Shown in pieces: positions 8,641 through 18,900 of a stretch of 50,485 bases of DNA. This DNA comes from a virus (Duplodnaviria > Caudoviricetes), in IMG/VR virus record IMGVR_UViG_3300037518_000427, positions 1 to 50,485 of that record. One strand, written 5' to 3'. A program made the position numbers and the translations under genes. Under the pieces are notes generated by a model, which had not been told where the DNA came from, made no database searches, and saw only the letters and a list, made by a program, of their open reading frames with translations. How positions within the stretch are numbered: position 1 is the stretch's first letter; each line of letters starts with the position of its first letter.

Positions 8641-9435
8641 TTACCCCACATAGCCTTTGAGGGTGAACCCGACACCCGCCAGGGTGGCATCTGGGGTTCC
8701 CGGAGCCACCACGCTGATGGTGTTCCCGGCCGCGAACGTCTCCTCGCCGGCCCCGGCCGTGGTGAAGGTGGCGGTGGTCGCTCCGATCGCGAATGTCATC
8801 GTTCCGATCGAAGAACCGTTCTTCTGGATGTCGAAGGCGGTGGAGGCGGTCGCGGCCACGGCGGCCGAGCCGCTTGACCCGGAGAAGTTGTCGGGAAACC
8901 GGACGGCCCGAGCCACCGGGATCCGGGTCAGGATCGCGGAGGACCCTGGGACGCCAGCCAGGAAGGCCGAGACGTCGAAGGGCCACTCCGTGAACTCCAC
9001 CGCTGTCGCGCCGGCGTTGACCCGGAGCCCCTTGTACCCCTGACCGCTGTAGCTGCTCGGGGTGTCGGTGAGTTGAAGGATGGTCGATTGGAGGGCGGCT
9101 CCTGTCAGCGCAGCCCAGCCGCTGCTGTAGAGATAGAAGAGGTTCTCGTCCTGGACGTAGACCAGCCAGCCTTCCTCGGGAGTCAGGAAGAGCCACGTTC
9201 CTGATTTGTAGTAGGCAAAGTCGTCATCTTGGCCGTACCAGTCTCCAGTGGCTCCCGATCCTACGATGTAGCGGTCACCGTCCGACGCTCCTCCGGGTGG
9301 GGCCGTCAGATCCTTGTCGATCACGTTGCCTTGGATCACTGCCTCGGCACGGCGCAGAGCTTCGTTGACGGTCACATCGACCGTCTGCTGCCCATCAGCT
9401 ACCTCGGTGATTTGCAGGTGTGGAGTGAGAGCCAT
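8641..9435 (-). CDS. DUF2793-domain tail fibre/tip protein
   Basis: TPHL....GQ...VT.NEAL..APP....GDRYIV..GATGDW.G.D..AY...W.F..P.EGW. Confidence 0.85.
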   Translation of the reverse strand: MALTPHLQITEVADGQQTVDVTVNEALRRAEAVIQGNVIDKDLTAPPGGASDGDRYIVGSGATGDWYGQDDDFAYYKSGTWLFLTPEEGWLVYVQDENLFYLYSSGWAALTGAALQSTILQLTDTPSSYSGQGYKGLRVNAGATAVEFTEWPFDVSAFLAGVPGSSAILTRIPVARAVRFPDNFSGSSGSAAVAATASTAFDIQKNGSSIGTMTFAIGATTATFTTAGAGEETFAAGNTISVVAPGTPDATLAGVGFTLKGYVG

Positions 9436-9451
9436 TGGGCACAATCCTTTC

Positions 9452-12400
9452 TCAGACCGTGGCTGATCGTCCGTGGCCGCGCCCCACCGCAGCACTCATC
9501 TGAACGATCTCAATATCTATCGCTGCCTCAGTAGCCCCGAAGTCGGTCGTCTGCTGTGCCGCCGTGTAGGCTACGCTGGTCGTCGTGGAAGTCAATGTCC
9601 GCACGACGGTCGATCCATCGTAGATGTCGATCTCGTAGCTCTCTGACTCCTCGGCCAGTGGAACGTCTGTCCCGCTCGTTCCAGGCCCGGGCTTACGAGA
9701 GCGGCGGAACCAACCGATCGTGAGATTGCCGCTGCCATCCCGTTCGCCGGCAACGTGGACCGGGGAGAGCGGCATGAGATGGTTCATTGCGATTAGTTTG
9801 GCGGTGGATGCGGAGAACCCTTGCCCACCGGAAGAGTTTGCCCGGAAGTAGAGCGTGCTTCCCAGATCGGCCAGTTCGAGGCTGAAGAAGCGGACCGTGG
9901 CGGGACTCAAGAGAACGACCCGCTCTCCAACCGCGTGACTGCCGGTGGCCCAATCGGTACCGCGCCGCCCCCGCAGAAGACGGCTCAGCGTCCACGTCCC
10001 ATCGGCGTTCGAGACTGCTGTCTGAAATCCGATCACTTCGCTTCCGACGACAGCCAGGTTCTGGCCTTTGAGGATCTGCGCCTCCGTCAAGGTACTCGGG
10101 GCGAAAGCCGAGGTGGTCGGATACACCGTAAGGGTGTTGAGGTCGTCCCAGATGAAAGGGTCTTCGACATCGGCCAGGACCGATCCGGCCTTGCCGACCA
10201 ATGCCGAGTCGGTCAGACCAAGAGATCCGGACCAGGAGGCACGTGTGTCTCTTGAAACAGATCCGGTCGCACCGCGCCAAGAATCCAGATAGCCAATCCC
10301 AGCCATGTAGATCCCGGGCCGGTCTTCCAAGCCGAAGAGGATTCCAACATCGATCACCGCAACATTGGTAGGACCTGGCGCGGAGACGGTGGGACGTTCG
10401 GCCGGCTCGGGGTCTACGAGCTGCTCGGCAGAATAGGCAGCTGGTAGTTCGTCGGTCGCCTGGATCTCCAAGGTCCCGCGACCGTAAACTGTCTCGTCCA
10501 GCCGGATCAGGTGCGTGACACTGGCTTCCTCGATCGTGACGACATCGGCCGGATCAAGCCACCAGTAGGCTCTTGGCAATACTGCCTGGTGCTGGACGCG
10601 CTGGATCCACGCATAGACCAGCCGCTTGGTTGCGATCTCTACCGCCTCGGCTCCTGTCAGGCAGATCGGAGCATCTATCGGTAGGGACTCATCGCTTTCG
10701 GTGACCTGCCGGATGTCGTGGCGGAGTCCCTGCTCATAGTCGTTCTCGTAGTCGATGAACCTGACCTCGACACGGTTGGGAAGCTCCAACTCTTGCTGTC
10801 GGGTCGTGACCAAGCTCTGCGGCCGTTCCGAGCCGGCCTCGTGCGCGCCCAGGTCGTCGGCCGGGATGGTGACGACGCTGGCACCGCCCCGCTTGGGAAA
10901 CTTGAGCTTCCCATCGGACTCGACCCCGTCGAAGAAGTAGACCTCTTCGAGCGGTTCGATCGCAGAGCGGGCCGAAGTCCGGTTCGTGATGGAGTAGCCG
11001 TAGACATTGTCGGTGAGGGCAGTCGTGTCCTGTTCGCCAGCGGTAAGGTCAACCCGTGTGCAGATGTCTTCCACGATGTCGGCCAGAGTGATCGTCCCTG
11101 CGGTGGCGCGGTCCAGGTAGACGCGGACGTAGCTGGTGGTTTCGAGGTCGCAACCGGAAATCACCGAGTGCCCGTTCACGTCATAGATGTTTCCCCCAAG
11201 CCAGTTGGGAGTGACCGGCACGGTGTCATCGCTGGCATCGCACACCCAGGTATCGCTGACGACCCGGTTGGCGATGTCGATCCGGTGAAGCGTGCTAGCT
11301 TCCCATGCGTAGATGAGACCACCGTTCTTGATCCCGTTCCGCCATGCTGACCAGGCGTGTTCCGGAACGACCTCGCCAGTGAGTTCGCCCAGGAGGGTCA
11401 GGATAGGGGACGAGAACGGAACGGTCTCCACGTCATAGAACGCGACCTTTTCGACCGGGGTCTTCTGCCCCACCATGATGAGGTCACGGAACACGTCGTA
11501 TAGCACCACTGAGGCATTGGAGAACTCGCTCGAGATGTCGAGATAGAACTGCTCGGGAACCTCTCCGTCGACCGGCTCGGTCCACATGATCTGGCAGTTG
11601 CCAGACTCTGCCCCTTCCCCATTCAGGACCGCAACCAGGACCGCGCGGTTGAACTCTGGCTGCGTGTTGGCGTACACGGTATGGCCCACGTCGATCGCGG
11701 CGAACACGTAGTCCGTAGGAGGAGACAGGTCGAGGGAGAGGTCCGCTCCCCAAAGGAAGTCGCTGCGGTTGACGACATGGATCACTCCGCCTTCACTGGC
11801 CAGGATGTAGAGAAACGGCAGGTCCGGCTGCTCGGAGACCCGCACGACGGTCGGCAGGTTGATTGTCAGGTTGCTCGTGACCTGGACGAGTTGGAGCGTT
11901 TCCGGGTCCAGCCTCCCAATCCCACCAGAGAAGGGGGCGTCTGGATCCTGATACCAGACCGTCGAGTAGACGTCCCCGTTCTCGTCGATGTCGAAGCCAG
12001 AGCCCTCAATTGGGATGCGCTGTTGGAACCCGACGCGGTGGGTCCGCCGAAGCTCCTGGGAGTTGGTCGCACAGTTCCAGACCACCCAGATCCCGTACTG
12101 CTGGATGTAGCAGCGGGTCAGGTCCGGGTGGAAAACCAGCCAGTCGTCCGGGGCGGCCGAACCGGGATAGCCGATCTGGTGGAGGACGTTGGCGGTGACC
12201 TGCCCGACCTCGTTTGGAACGGCACCATCAAGTCCCATGCCCACTTCAGTGGAAAGAACATCGGCCTTTTCCCAGTATTGATCTCCGCGACCAAAGTCAC
12301 GCCGGAAGACCTTCGTCAGCTCGTCGTAGTGGAAGAATAACCCTTCATCCGGGTCACCTTCTAGGCCACGTACTATCTGAGCATCCGTCACGTCTTCGAT

Positions 12401-14074
12401 TCCGTTGCTGATCGTGACTAGGTGAAGCGAGCCTGAGAACTCTTCTATTTTAGATGTTGCTTGGACGCGGAGTGCGATCACATCCTGGAACGTGTCTGCA
12501 TCATCTAGCAGCGTGAACGTCTGCTTATCACCATCCCCATTGGCCGTCAGTGAGTCCGCGTCTTCTGCATCTTCGGCATCAGCTACGTCACCATTCCAGT
12601 CTTGATGCGTCCCTTCCGCTACTAGCGGAATCCGATGGATGCCGTAGTGGATCTCATTGGAGATTCCGAATCCGTCTTCACCGTCTCCAGGCTCGGACGG
12701 CCCGCCCCCTGGGCTCCAGTCTGGGCCACAGATCACAATGTCGTCGAACACCCACTCTACAGGCGACATGCCTCTGCTCTGTTCCGGCCCGAAGGACATA
12801 ACGCGCACACCTAGAGGGTTGCTCGCATTGGTGCGAAACTGGCCCTCTATTTCGAGTGAACCGTTCAGATACAGTTTGAAGGTACTGTCCTGGACGAACG
12901 CGCCGTAGTGGTGAAACTCGATCTGGATCAGATTGAAAATATCTGGAGTTACCACAGTACTGCCGACGAAAAACTCTTCTCCGATGCTTGTCTGTCCACT
13001 GACATAGATACGGCCGTCACTGTTGTGATAAAGCCTCATCACACCCACGTAGCCGATCGGTCCAGACGAGCCCCATCCCTGAAGAGTGCATAGCAAAGTA
13101 AGAGATCCTGGTGCGCCACCGACGTGCAGCCAGCAGAATGACAGATAGAACGGATTCACTGGTGAGTTGGAGTAGTACCCGCTCCCGCCAGAAGAACTGT
13201 CGTTGCGGATCACAGAGATCCAGAACTGAGCCGCGCTCGCGCCAACTTGCGTCACGATGGCCATCGCGTAGAGTCCACTGTGGACAGGGGCAGCGACTCG
13301 GCCGACGACCGCGCTGCCAGCGGTTGGAGCACGAACCCACGCCACGACCTCGCTTGCTCCGTCCTCAAACCCGACGAACTGGCGAACCGTCCCTGACGGT
13401 GGCGTGCTGACCAGGAACATCGGATCGAACGGAGTGGCCAGGGCGGCCTTGGACACCTCAAAGGTCAGGTTGGGGATGGTTCCCCCCCACTTGTCGCGGT
13501 CTGGGTCGGCCACGAAGATGCGCAGCTCCTCGAGGACGATGTAGGACATCCCGCGGTGGGCCGGAACGATGATCGGGTCGTCAGTTCGGAGGCCAGCCTT
13601 GATGACCGGATCTTCGAGCTGGGTTTCGTTTCCTGGGTACCACGTCCATGAGGTCACATAGCTGTTGAGTCCATCGGGCACGTCCTCGTGCCCCTCGCGC
13701 AGATCCAGGAACAGCTCATCGTCAGCCCAGATGCGCAGAAGCGCGTCGACTGGCCCCTCGCAGATCCCGATGGCCAGGCTGATGACGACGTTGGGGATGC
13801 CGTTGAAGACCCGCTTGACCGGCTTGGTCGCCCAGATGATGTTGCCGGCGTAGCGGTAGGTGCCGTAGTTGATCGGGATCCCGATGCCGGCCCGTGAGGT
13901 CTGGATCCGCACCTCGTCGATGGTCGGCCACTGCGGGCGCTCCTTGCTAGCGAAGAGATACTTGCGGTCGATGTAAGCACCGATCGTGGCTCCAGCATAC
14001 GGGGCAAGGGTGGCCAGAATCCCGTAGCTCGCTGGGATCTGAGACGCGGCTGCAACGAGGGCTAGCTGCGCCAC
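9452..14074 (-). CDS. Large tail tip/host-specificity protein (GTA-like Phage-tail_3) with internal inserted domains
   Basis: G..IP..YG..R.AGNIIW, PAHRG.SY, ARSAIEPL..YFFD.VESDG.LKF, LSRLLRGRRGT motifs. Confidence 0.9.
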   Translation of the reverse strand: MAQLALVAAASQIPASYGILATLAPYAGATIGAYIDRKYLFASKERPQWPTIDEVRIQTSRAGIGIPINYGTYRYAGNIIWATKPVKRVFNGIPNVVISLAIGICEGPVDALLRIWADDELFLDLREGHEDVPDGLNSYVTSWTWYPGNETQLEDPVIKAGLRTDDPIIVPAHRGMSYIVLEELRIFVADPDRDKWGGTIPNLTFEVSKAALATPFDPMFLVSTPPSGTVRQFVGFEDGASEVVAWVRAPTAGSAVVGRVAAPVHSGLYAMAIVTQVGASAAQFWISVIRNDSSSGGSGYYSNSPVNPFYLSFCWLHVGGAPGSLTLLCTLQGWGSSGPIGYVGVMRLYHNSDGRIYVSGQTSIGEEFFVGSTVVTPDIFNLIQIEFHHYGAFVQDSTFKLYLNGSLEIEGQFRTNASNPLGVRVMSFGPEQSRGMSPVEWVFDDIVICGPDWSPGGGPSEPGDGEDGFGISNEIHYGIHRIPLVAEGTHQDWNGDVADAEDAEDADSLTANGDGDKQTFTLLDDADTFQDVIALRVQATSKIEEFSGSLHLVTISNGIEDVTDAQIVRGLEGDPDEGLFFHYDELTKVFRRDFGRGDQYWEKADVLSTEVGMGLDGAVPNEVGQVTANVLHQIGYPGSAAPDDWLVFHPDLTRCYIQQYGIWVVWNCATNSQELRRTHRVGFQQRIPIEGSGFDIDENGDVYSTVWYQDPDAPFSGGIGRLDPETLQLVQVTSNLTINLPTVVRVSEQPDLPFLYILASEGGVIHVVNRSDFLWGADLSLDLSPPTDYVFAAIDVGHTVYANTQPEFNRAVLVAVLNGEGAESGNCQIMWTEPVDGEVPEQFYLDISSEFSNASVVLYDVFRDLIMVGQKTPVEKVAFYDVETVPFSSPILTLLGELTGEVVPEHAWSAWRNGIKNGGLIYAWEASTLHRIDIANRVVSDTWVCDASDDTVPVTPNWLGGNIYDVNGHSVISGCDLETTSYVRVYLDRATAGTITLADIVEDICTRVDLTAGEQDTTALTDNVYGYSITNRTSARSAIEPLEEVYFFDGVESDGKLKFPKRGGASVVTIPADDLGAHEAGSERPQSLVTTRQQELELPNRVEVRFIDYENDYEQGLRHDIRQVTESDESLPIDAPICLTGAEAVEIATKRLVYAWIQRVQHQAVLPRAYWWLDPADVVTIEEASVTHLIRLDETVYGRGTLEIQATDELPAAYSAEQLVDPEPAERPTVSAPGPTNVAVIDVGILFGLEDRPGIYMAGIGYLDSWRGATGSVSRDTRASWSGSLGLTDSALVGKAGSVLADVEDPFIWDDLNTLTVYPTTSAFAPSTLTEAQILKGQNLAVVGSEVIGFQTAVSNADGTWTLSRLLRGRRGTDWATGSHAVGERVVLLSPATVRFFSLELADLGSTLYFRANSSGGQGFSASTAKLIAMNHLMPLSPVHVAGERDGSGNLTIGWFRRSRKPGPGTSGTDVPLAEESESYEIDIYDGSTVVRTLTSTTTSVAYTAAQQTTDFGATEAAIDIEIVQMSAAVGRGHGRSATV

Positions 14075-14487
14075 GGTGTCACCCCCGTGATCCGGTAGAA
14101 GCCCACCGCTCTCCCCTCGCGGCGGTTACCAGGCATGGCCGTCTCCACGACCTTCCCAGAGATCGCGCTCGCATGAATCACGCTCAGACCAGTGAAGAGC
14201 CCCAGATGGGCGGTGGCGGTTCCCCAGGCAAGGAGCACGAGGTCACCAGGCCCGGCCTTGTCTCTGGTGATGGCCTCTGCGCTCGCTCTGAGCCTCCGGA
14301 GGACCTCCGAGGCCGGCGGCACATCTGGATAGCCTCTCTCGTCTGGACACGGTCCCAAAGCCGCCTGCCTCGCCAGGAGGAGCAGGCCGGCGCAGTCCAG
14401 ACCCGCGCGGGTGCGACCGTGGTGGCGGAACGGCACGCCCAGGCAGGAGCGGGCCGTGTCGACCAGCCTCGTCCTCACCGGCCCCAT
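14062..14487 (-). CDS. NlpC/P60 tail-associated peptidase
   Basis: LGVPFRHHGR..GLDCAGL, PGDL, AHLG..IHA; GTA-like gene order. Confidence 0.9.
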   Translation of the reverse strand: MGPVRTRLVDTARSCLGVPFRHHGRTRAGLDCAGLLLLARQAALGPCPDERGYPDVPPASEVLRRLRASAEAITRDKAGPGDLVLLAWGTATAHLGLFTGLSVIHASAISGKVVETAMPGNRREGRAVGFYRITGVTPWRS

Positions 14488-15386
14488 GCGTGATCCCTCC
14501 CACTGTTCGGGTTCCGCATCGGGATCGTTTGCTCTCCCGGGATGAAGGGCTCGCCCCGGAAGTTGAGATGGTTCTCGAAGAAGTCCCGGCAAGTCGGAAA
14601 GAGCTTGTCGCATCCCACCACGATCGTGAACTCGTCGTCGGTATCGATCGCATAGGGCATGGGGAGAAACAGGCTCAGTGTGTTCGTATCGGGATCGTAG
14701 CTCTTGACCTCCATCTCCAGCCCCGCGTTCAGTCCATCCCAGGTATCTCCCGAGGCTGGGGTGTGCCACGTCACCTTGCCGTAGGTCAGGCGAGTCTCGT
14801 TGGCAAGAGCGCTCGTCACGAAAGTCTGCCGATCAGCCGCTGAGACGACTGAGCCGGTCTGGGTCCAGTTGGTCCCGGACTGTTCCAGGTCGACTTGGCA
14901 CCGGGAGTCCCCCAAAACAGCCCGGCAGCGCTTGTTGTAGAGCTCGCAGATTTGTCTCTGGAGTCTCTCCGCCTTGGAGCGAATCTCCACCTGGAAGGAG
15001 TTGTCCCGGATCTCCACGTTTCCCAGGATCCATCCACCTCCCAGGGTGAGGCTTCCCATCGTCAGGTCCTCGTAGTTCACGATGAAGACATCAAGGGTTG
15101 CCAGATCGAAGAGACCAGCTTGAATATCCGCCTCTGTGATCTTCTCGGACTCCAAGAAAGCAGACGCTTCCATCTGGTCGACGGTCAGGCTCCTCTGTTG
15201 CCGGATGGAACTGCCGAGCATGCCGGAAGAGGCTTCGTAGGTGTCACCACCAAAGACGATGTCCACATCGTGATCGGTGAAGAAGAACTCCGTCCCATCC
15301 CGTCTAGCGACCTTCCAGCACGTGGCGATGGTGGTGACCTCTTCGGCCAGATGGGCCTTGAGCGCTGCCGAGATGGTCTTGCTCAT
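14475..15386 (-). CDS. DUF2163/BR0599 baseplate hub protein
   Basis: TCWK..R.DG....TDHD, C.A.LGD.RC, GCDK.F.TC...F.N.LNFRGEP.IPG. Confidence 0.9.
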   Translation of the reverse strand: MSKTISAALKAHLAEEVTTIATCWKVARRDGTEFFFTDHDVDIVFGGDTYEASSGMLGSSIRQQRSLTVDQMEASAFLESEKITEADIQAGLFDLATLDVFIVNYEDLTMGSLTLGGGWILGNVEIRDNSFQVEIRSKAERLQRQICELYNKRCRAVLGDSRCQVDLEQSGTNWTQTGSVVSAADRQTFVTSALANETRLTYGKVTWHTPASGDTWDGLNAGLEMEVKSYDPDTNTLSLFLPMPYAIDTDDEFTIVVGCDKLFPTCRDFFENHLNFRGEPFIPGEQTIPMRNPNSGRDHAWGR

Positions 15387-15388
15387 AG

Positions 15389-15991
15389 CTAAACCCGAAT
15401 CTCCACCAACGGCACGTCTGCGGCACGGGCCTCGTACGTGCTCAGGTTCACCGGAAGGTGGTCGGTGTCGAACCTCATGGGAACGTCGAACTCGAAGGTG
15501 GCGGTCAGAATCTCGCCGCCCGAAGGTGCGCTGTTGAACGTCACGATCCCGGTCGTGGTGTCGATCGTCCACCCGCCCACGTCTGGGACAGAGTCCTTGA
15601 AGACCGTCACGGTTCCCGCGACCGGCTTGGTGATCTTCCTGGTCAGGGCACCAGGGCCGGAGGTGTAGATCTTGACGAGCTGGAACTGAGTCTCCGAGGA
15701 GTCCCCGACGCCGATCTGCTCGGCCAACCCCTCGAAGTCGTCGTGGTTCTTGAACCGGAACCCGTAGGCCCGCCCCTGCCGGGCGTAGAAGAACTCGAGG
15801 AGCGCCTGCAGGATCGCCTTGGTCTTCACCCCGTAGGCGACGTTCCAGCGCTCTCTGGGGTAGGTCCAGTTGATGTTGCGCTGCTCATGACCCGACCCCA
15901 AGACCACGACCTCGGTCGAGAACTCCGGACCACCCTCGGAGCCATAGGAGATGTCGGTGGGGAACCGTACTTCGTGGAAGCCGGCAGGCAT
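15389..15991 (-). CDS. DUF2460 distal tail protein
   Basis: FHEVRFP.DISYGS.GGPEFST..SGHEQRN..W, FEFDVP.RFDTD. Confidence 0.92.
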   Translation of the reverse strand: MPAGFHEVRFPTDISYGSEGGPEFSTEVVVLGSGHEQRNINWTYPRERWNVAYGVKTKAILQALLEFFYARQGRAYGFRFKNHDDFEGLAEQIGVGDSSETQFQLVKIYTSGPGALTRKITKPVAGTVTVFKDSVPDVGGWTIDTTTGIVTFNSAPSGGEILTATFEFDVPMRFDTDHLPVNLSTYEARAADVPLVEIRV

Positions 15992-18900
15992 CAGTTGTTC
16001 CTCATGGCTTGCCGCATGGCCACGCTGAGTTGAGACATCACCTGCGACTTGCTGCGCTGGAATCCGGCCACATCGGGCGTGTTCACGGTCATGTTGACGA
16101 CCGGCTGCCCGGTGGTGCCGTCACGTTGCCCCTCTCCTAAGCCTTCCAGGAATCGCTGGTCGCGCAGATGGGAAAGCGGGATCACGCCCTCATTATCCTC
16201 ACCGATGGTTCCGGGCTGAGGGATCGTTACGCTGGTTGGGGCGCCACCGGCCGGCTCTATGTCGAAACCACCACCCCCACCGCCAGTGCCGGGGTTGAGT
16301 TGCGTGAACCCCGTGTTCCCAGGAAGGAACCGCTCCGTGAAATTGAGAATGGTATCAGCCATACGATCCGTAAGGCGTCGCATGAACGCATCGGAGATAC
16401 GTTCCAAATAGTCAAACGTCTTCTTCGCCTCGCCCTTGAAGGCATCGAAGAACAGATCAGAGAAGGCGTCGTTGGCCTCGGTGGCGGTATCGCGCATCCA
16501 CTTGACGATCGCCTCCTGCATGCTGAGGAGTTCTTCGGGCTTCTCTGCGAAGAGCCGGCGACGCATTTCGGTGATGATGCCGTGCGTCTGGAAAGCATTC
16601 AGTCCCAAGTTCTCCCGCATGGCAACCGCTTCGGCGTCGATCTGCCGGAGCCGATAGGCCACATGCCGATCCCACGCCACTTGCATCTGTTTTGTGGTGC
16701 TGGAGGTGTCGTCCAGAATCGACTTGTAGTGATCGGCATAGACCGCTTCGATGTCTGCGACGTGCCCTCGAATGGCATCCAGCCCCTCACGAGCCAACTC
16801 TGCCTTCTTGCGCTCCGCATCGGCATTGGCCGTGACCTCGTCATGGTTCTTGGCGATATCTGCCAGACGCTCAAACTCGATCTGCTCGAGCCGCCGCTTC
16901 GTGTACTCGCTCCACGCCTTCTGAATGGTGGCCGTCGTGCCGCGCGCGCTCTCGGCCAGGTCTCGGTAGAGATCCACTTGCGCCTTGAGCTTGCCGGGGT
17001 CACCGAACTTCTTGAGCCTTGCGATCTCTGCCATGATCTCTGCCGTAGCCTGCTTGCGATGCTCCTCCATCAACTCAGAATCCGCCTCGATCTTGTCGAT
17101 GCCCGCGAGTTCTGCTTCAAGCTGCTGCATGCGTGCTTTGTGATAGAGTTCCCAAGCACGATCCAACTGCTGTGACGAGAGGATTCCGCTCAGGGCAAGG
17201 TCACGGTAGATGGTGGCCAGCTTCTTGGCGTCGTTGGCCAGATCGCGGAGACCCTTGCCACGGCCTTTCTTATCACCGGTAAACGAGAATCCGCCGAGTT
17301 GTTTATTCCACGCGGCCATTGTGTCTTCAATGCGCTTTCGTGCTTCCTCTTGAAGTTTGACTTGCTCCTCTGCCTGACGTACCTGCTCAGCAACGAATGC
17401 TTCCTGCTCCAGTCGGGCTGCCGTGTCAAACCCGACGAATGACCATCCGGTAGCCCATGTCTCTTTCGCCGTCGCGGCGAACGTCGTCATTTCTTCCGTG
17501 AAGATCCCGGTGATCCGCTCCAGCCCATTCTTGGCATTGCGGGCTGCAGAATCAAGGTCACCGACCACCAGGTCTGCCAGGGCTCTCGATCCATGGATAA
17601 GGGAGTGAATGAATCGGAACTGCGAAAACGTCATGGTCTCCATGATCGAAGTGACCGTTTTCGCGATTCGCTCGAGGACGCCCACCCCTTGCAGTCCGAT
17701 CATCCCGGTCGTGTGCCAGAACTTTGCCCACGTGGAAGGATCGGGCGCTTTGGCGATTTCCTCTCGCGCTCTCATGGCGGCCATCGTGATGATGTCTTGT
17801 GCGGTCAGTGCTTGCTCGACGGATTCGCCCCAATAGACTCCGCTGGCATCGGTCAACTCAGAGTAGTATTCCGCCCACACATTTGTTGATGGTGGCTGCA
17901 AGGCAGCATCGACCTTCGCCATATCGGCCATGATGCTGGCAGCCGCATCCTCTGAGGACGCCGCCCGCGTCTGCATCCCATCGACGAACTCCTCTAGTGC
18001 CTCTGGATCACCTGAGAGCATGTCCTCCATGAGTTCACCGCCCGACGCTTCTGGCGGTATGATGGTGGCTGCGGTCTTGCGCGATGACAGCGTGTCCAGC
18101 TTGGACACGGTCGTGTCGATCGCCTTGTTCGTCCCACGGATGGAGCTGTGAATGGTCGTGAACAGATTTCCGACCACAGACACAGCCCCAAGCAGACCGG
18201 TCACGACCTTCATCGTGAGTCCAAGGAAATCGACTATGGCATCCTTGTTTCTCTTGAGCCAACTGGTCGTGTACTTGATGACCGCAGCCAGCTCATCGCG
18301 GAATGCATCGAACACGCCGATCTTGATGTCTTCGAACACAGCCACGAGTTTCTTCGCAGAACTCTGGACCGCGTCCAGCAAGATGGCCGCATTCCGTTCC
18401 GATATGCCAACGTCGCCCGCGATCTCCAGCTGTAGCGAGCGGACCTGCTTGAGATTCTTGAAGAGGATGAGCGCAGCCAGGGCGCCGCGCTGGGCAAAGA
18501 GTTTGATGACGTCGTTGGCGGTCGCCCCACGATTCTCGAGCTCGGTCAGAACGTCCACCAGATCCGATGACTGGAAACCAAACTCGGCAGCGATCTGGCC
18601 AGCCTTCTTCATCGCCTGAGCAAGGTGCGTACCAGCTTTCGAGCCCCTGGCACCAGCGTCGGAGAGTATTCCGATGAGCCCCGCAGTCTCTTCGATGTTG
18701 TAGCCCAAGATCCTTGAAAACGGCACCACATACTGGAACGCCTCTGCCATCTGATCCACCGTCGTCAGAGTCTTGTTGGAGGCAGAGACAAACGAATCGT
18801 TGACCCTGGTCAACTCTTCAGCGCTGTATCCGAACCCAGCCATGGCCGCGACCGCAATGTCCGAGGCTTTCTCCATGTCGATGAAGCCAGACACTGCGAG

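Noticed and set aside
8641-15991. Gene transfer agent
   Set aside because: The tail tip is GTA-like, but the element has replication, lysis and early genes and a long tape measure
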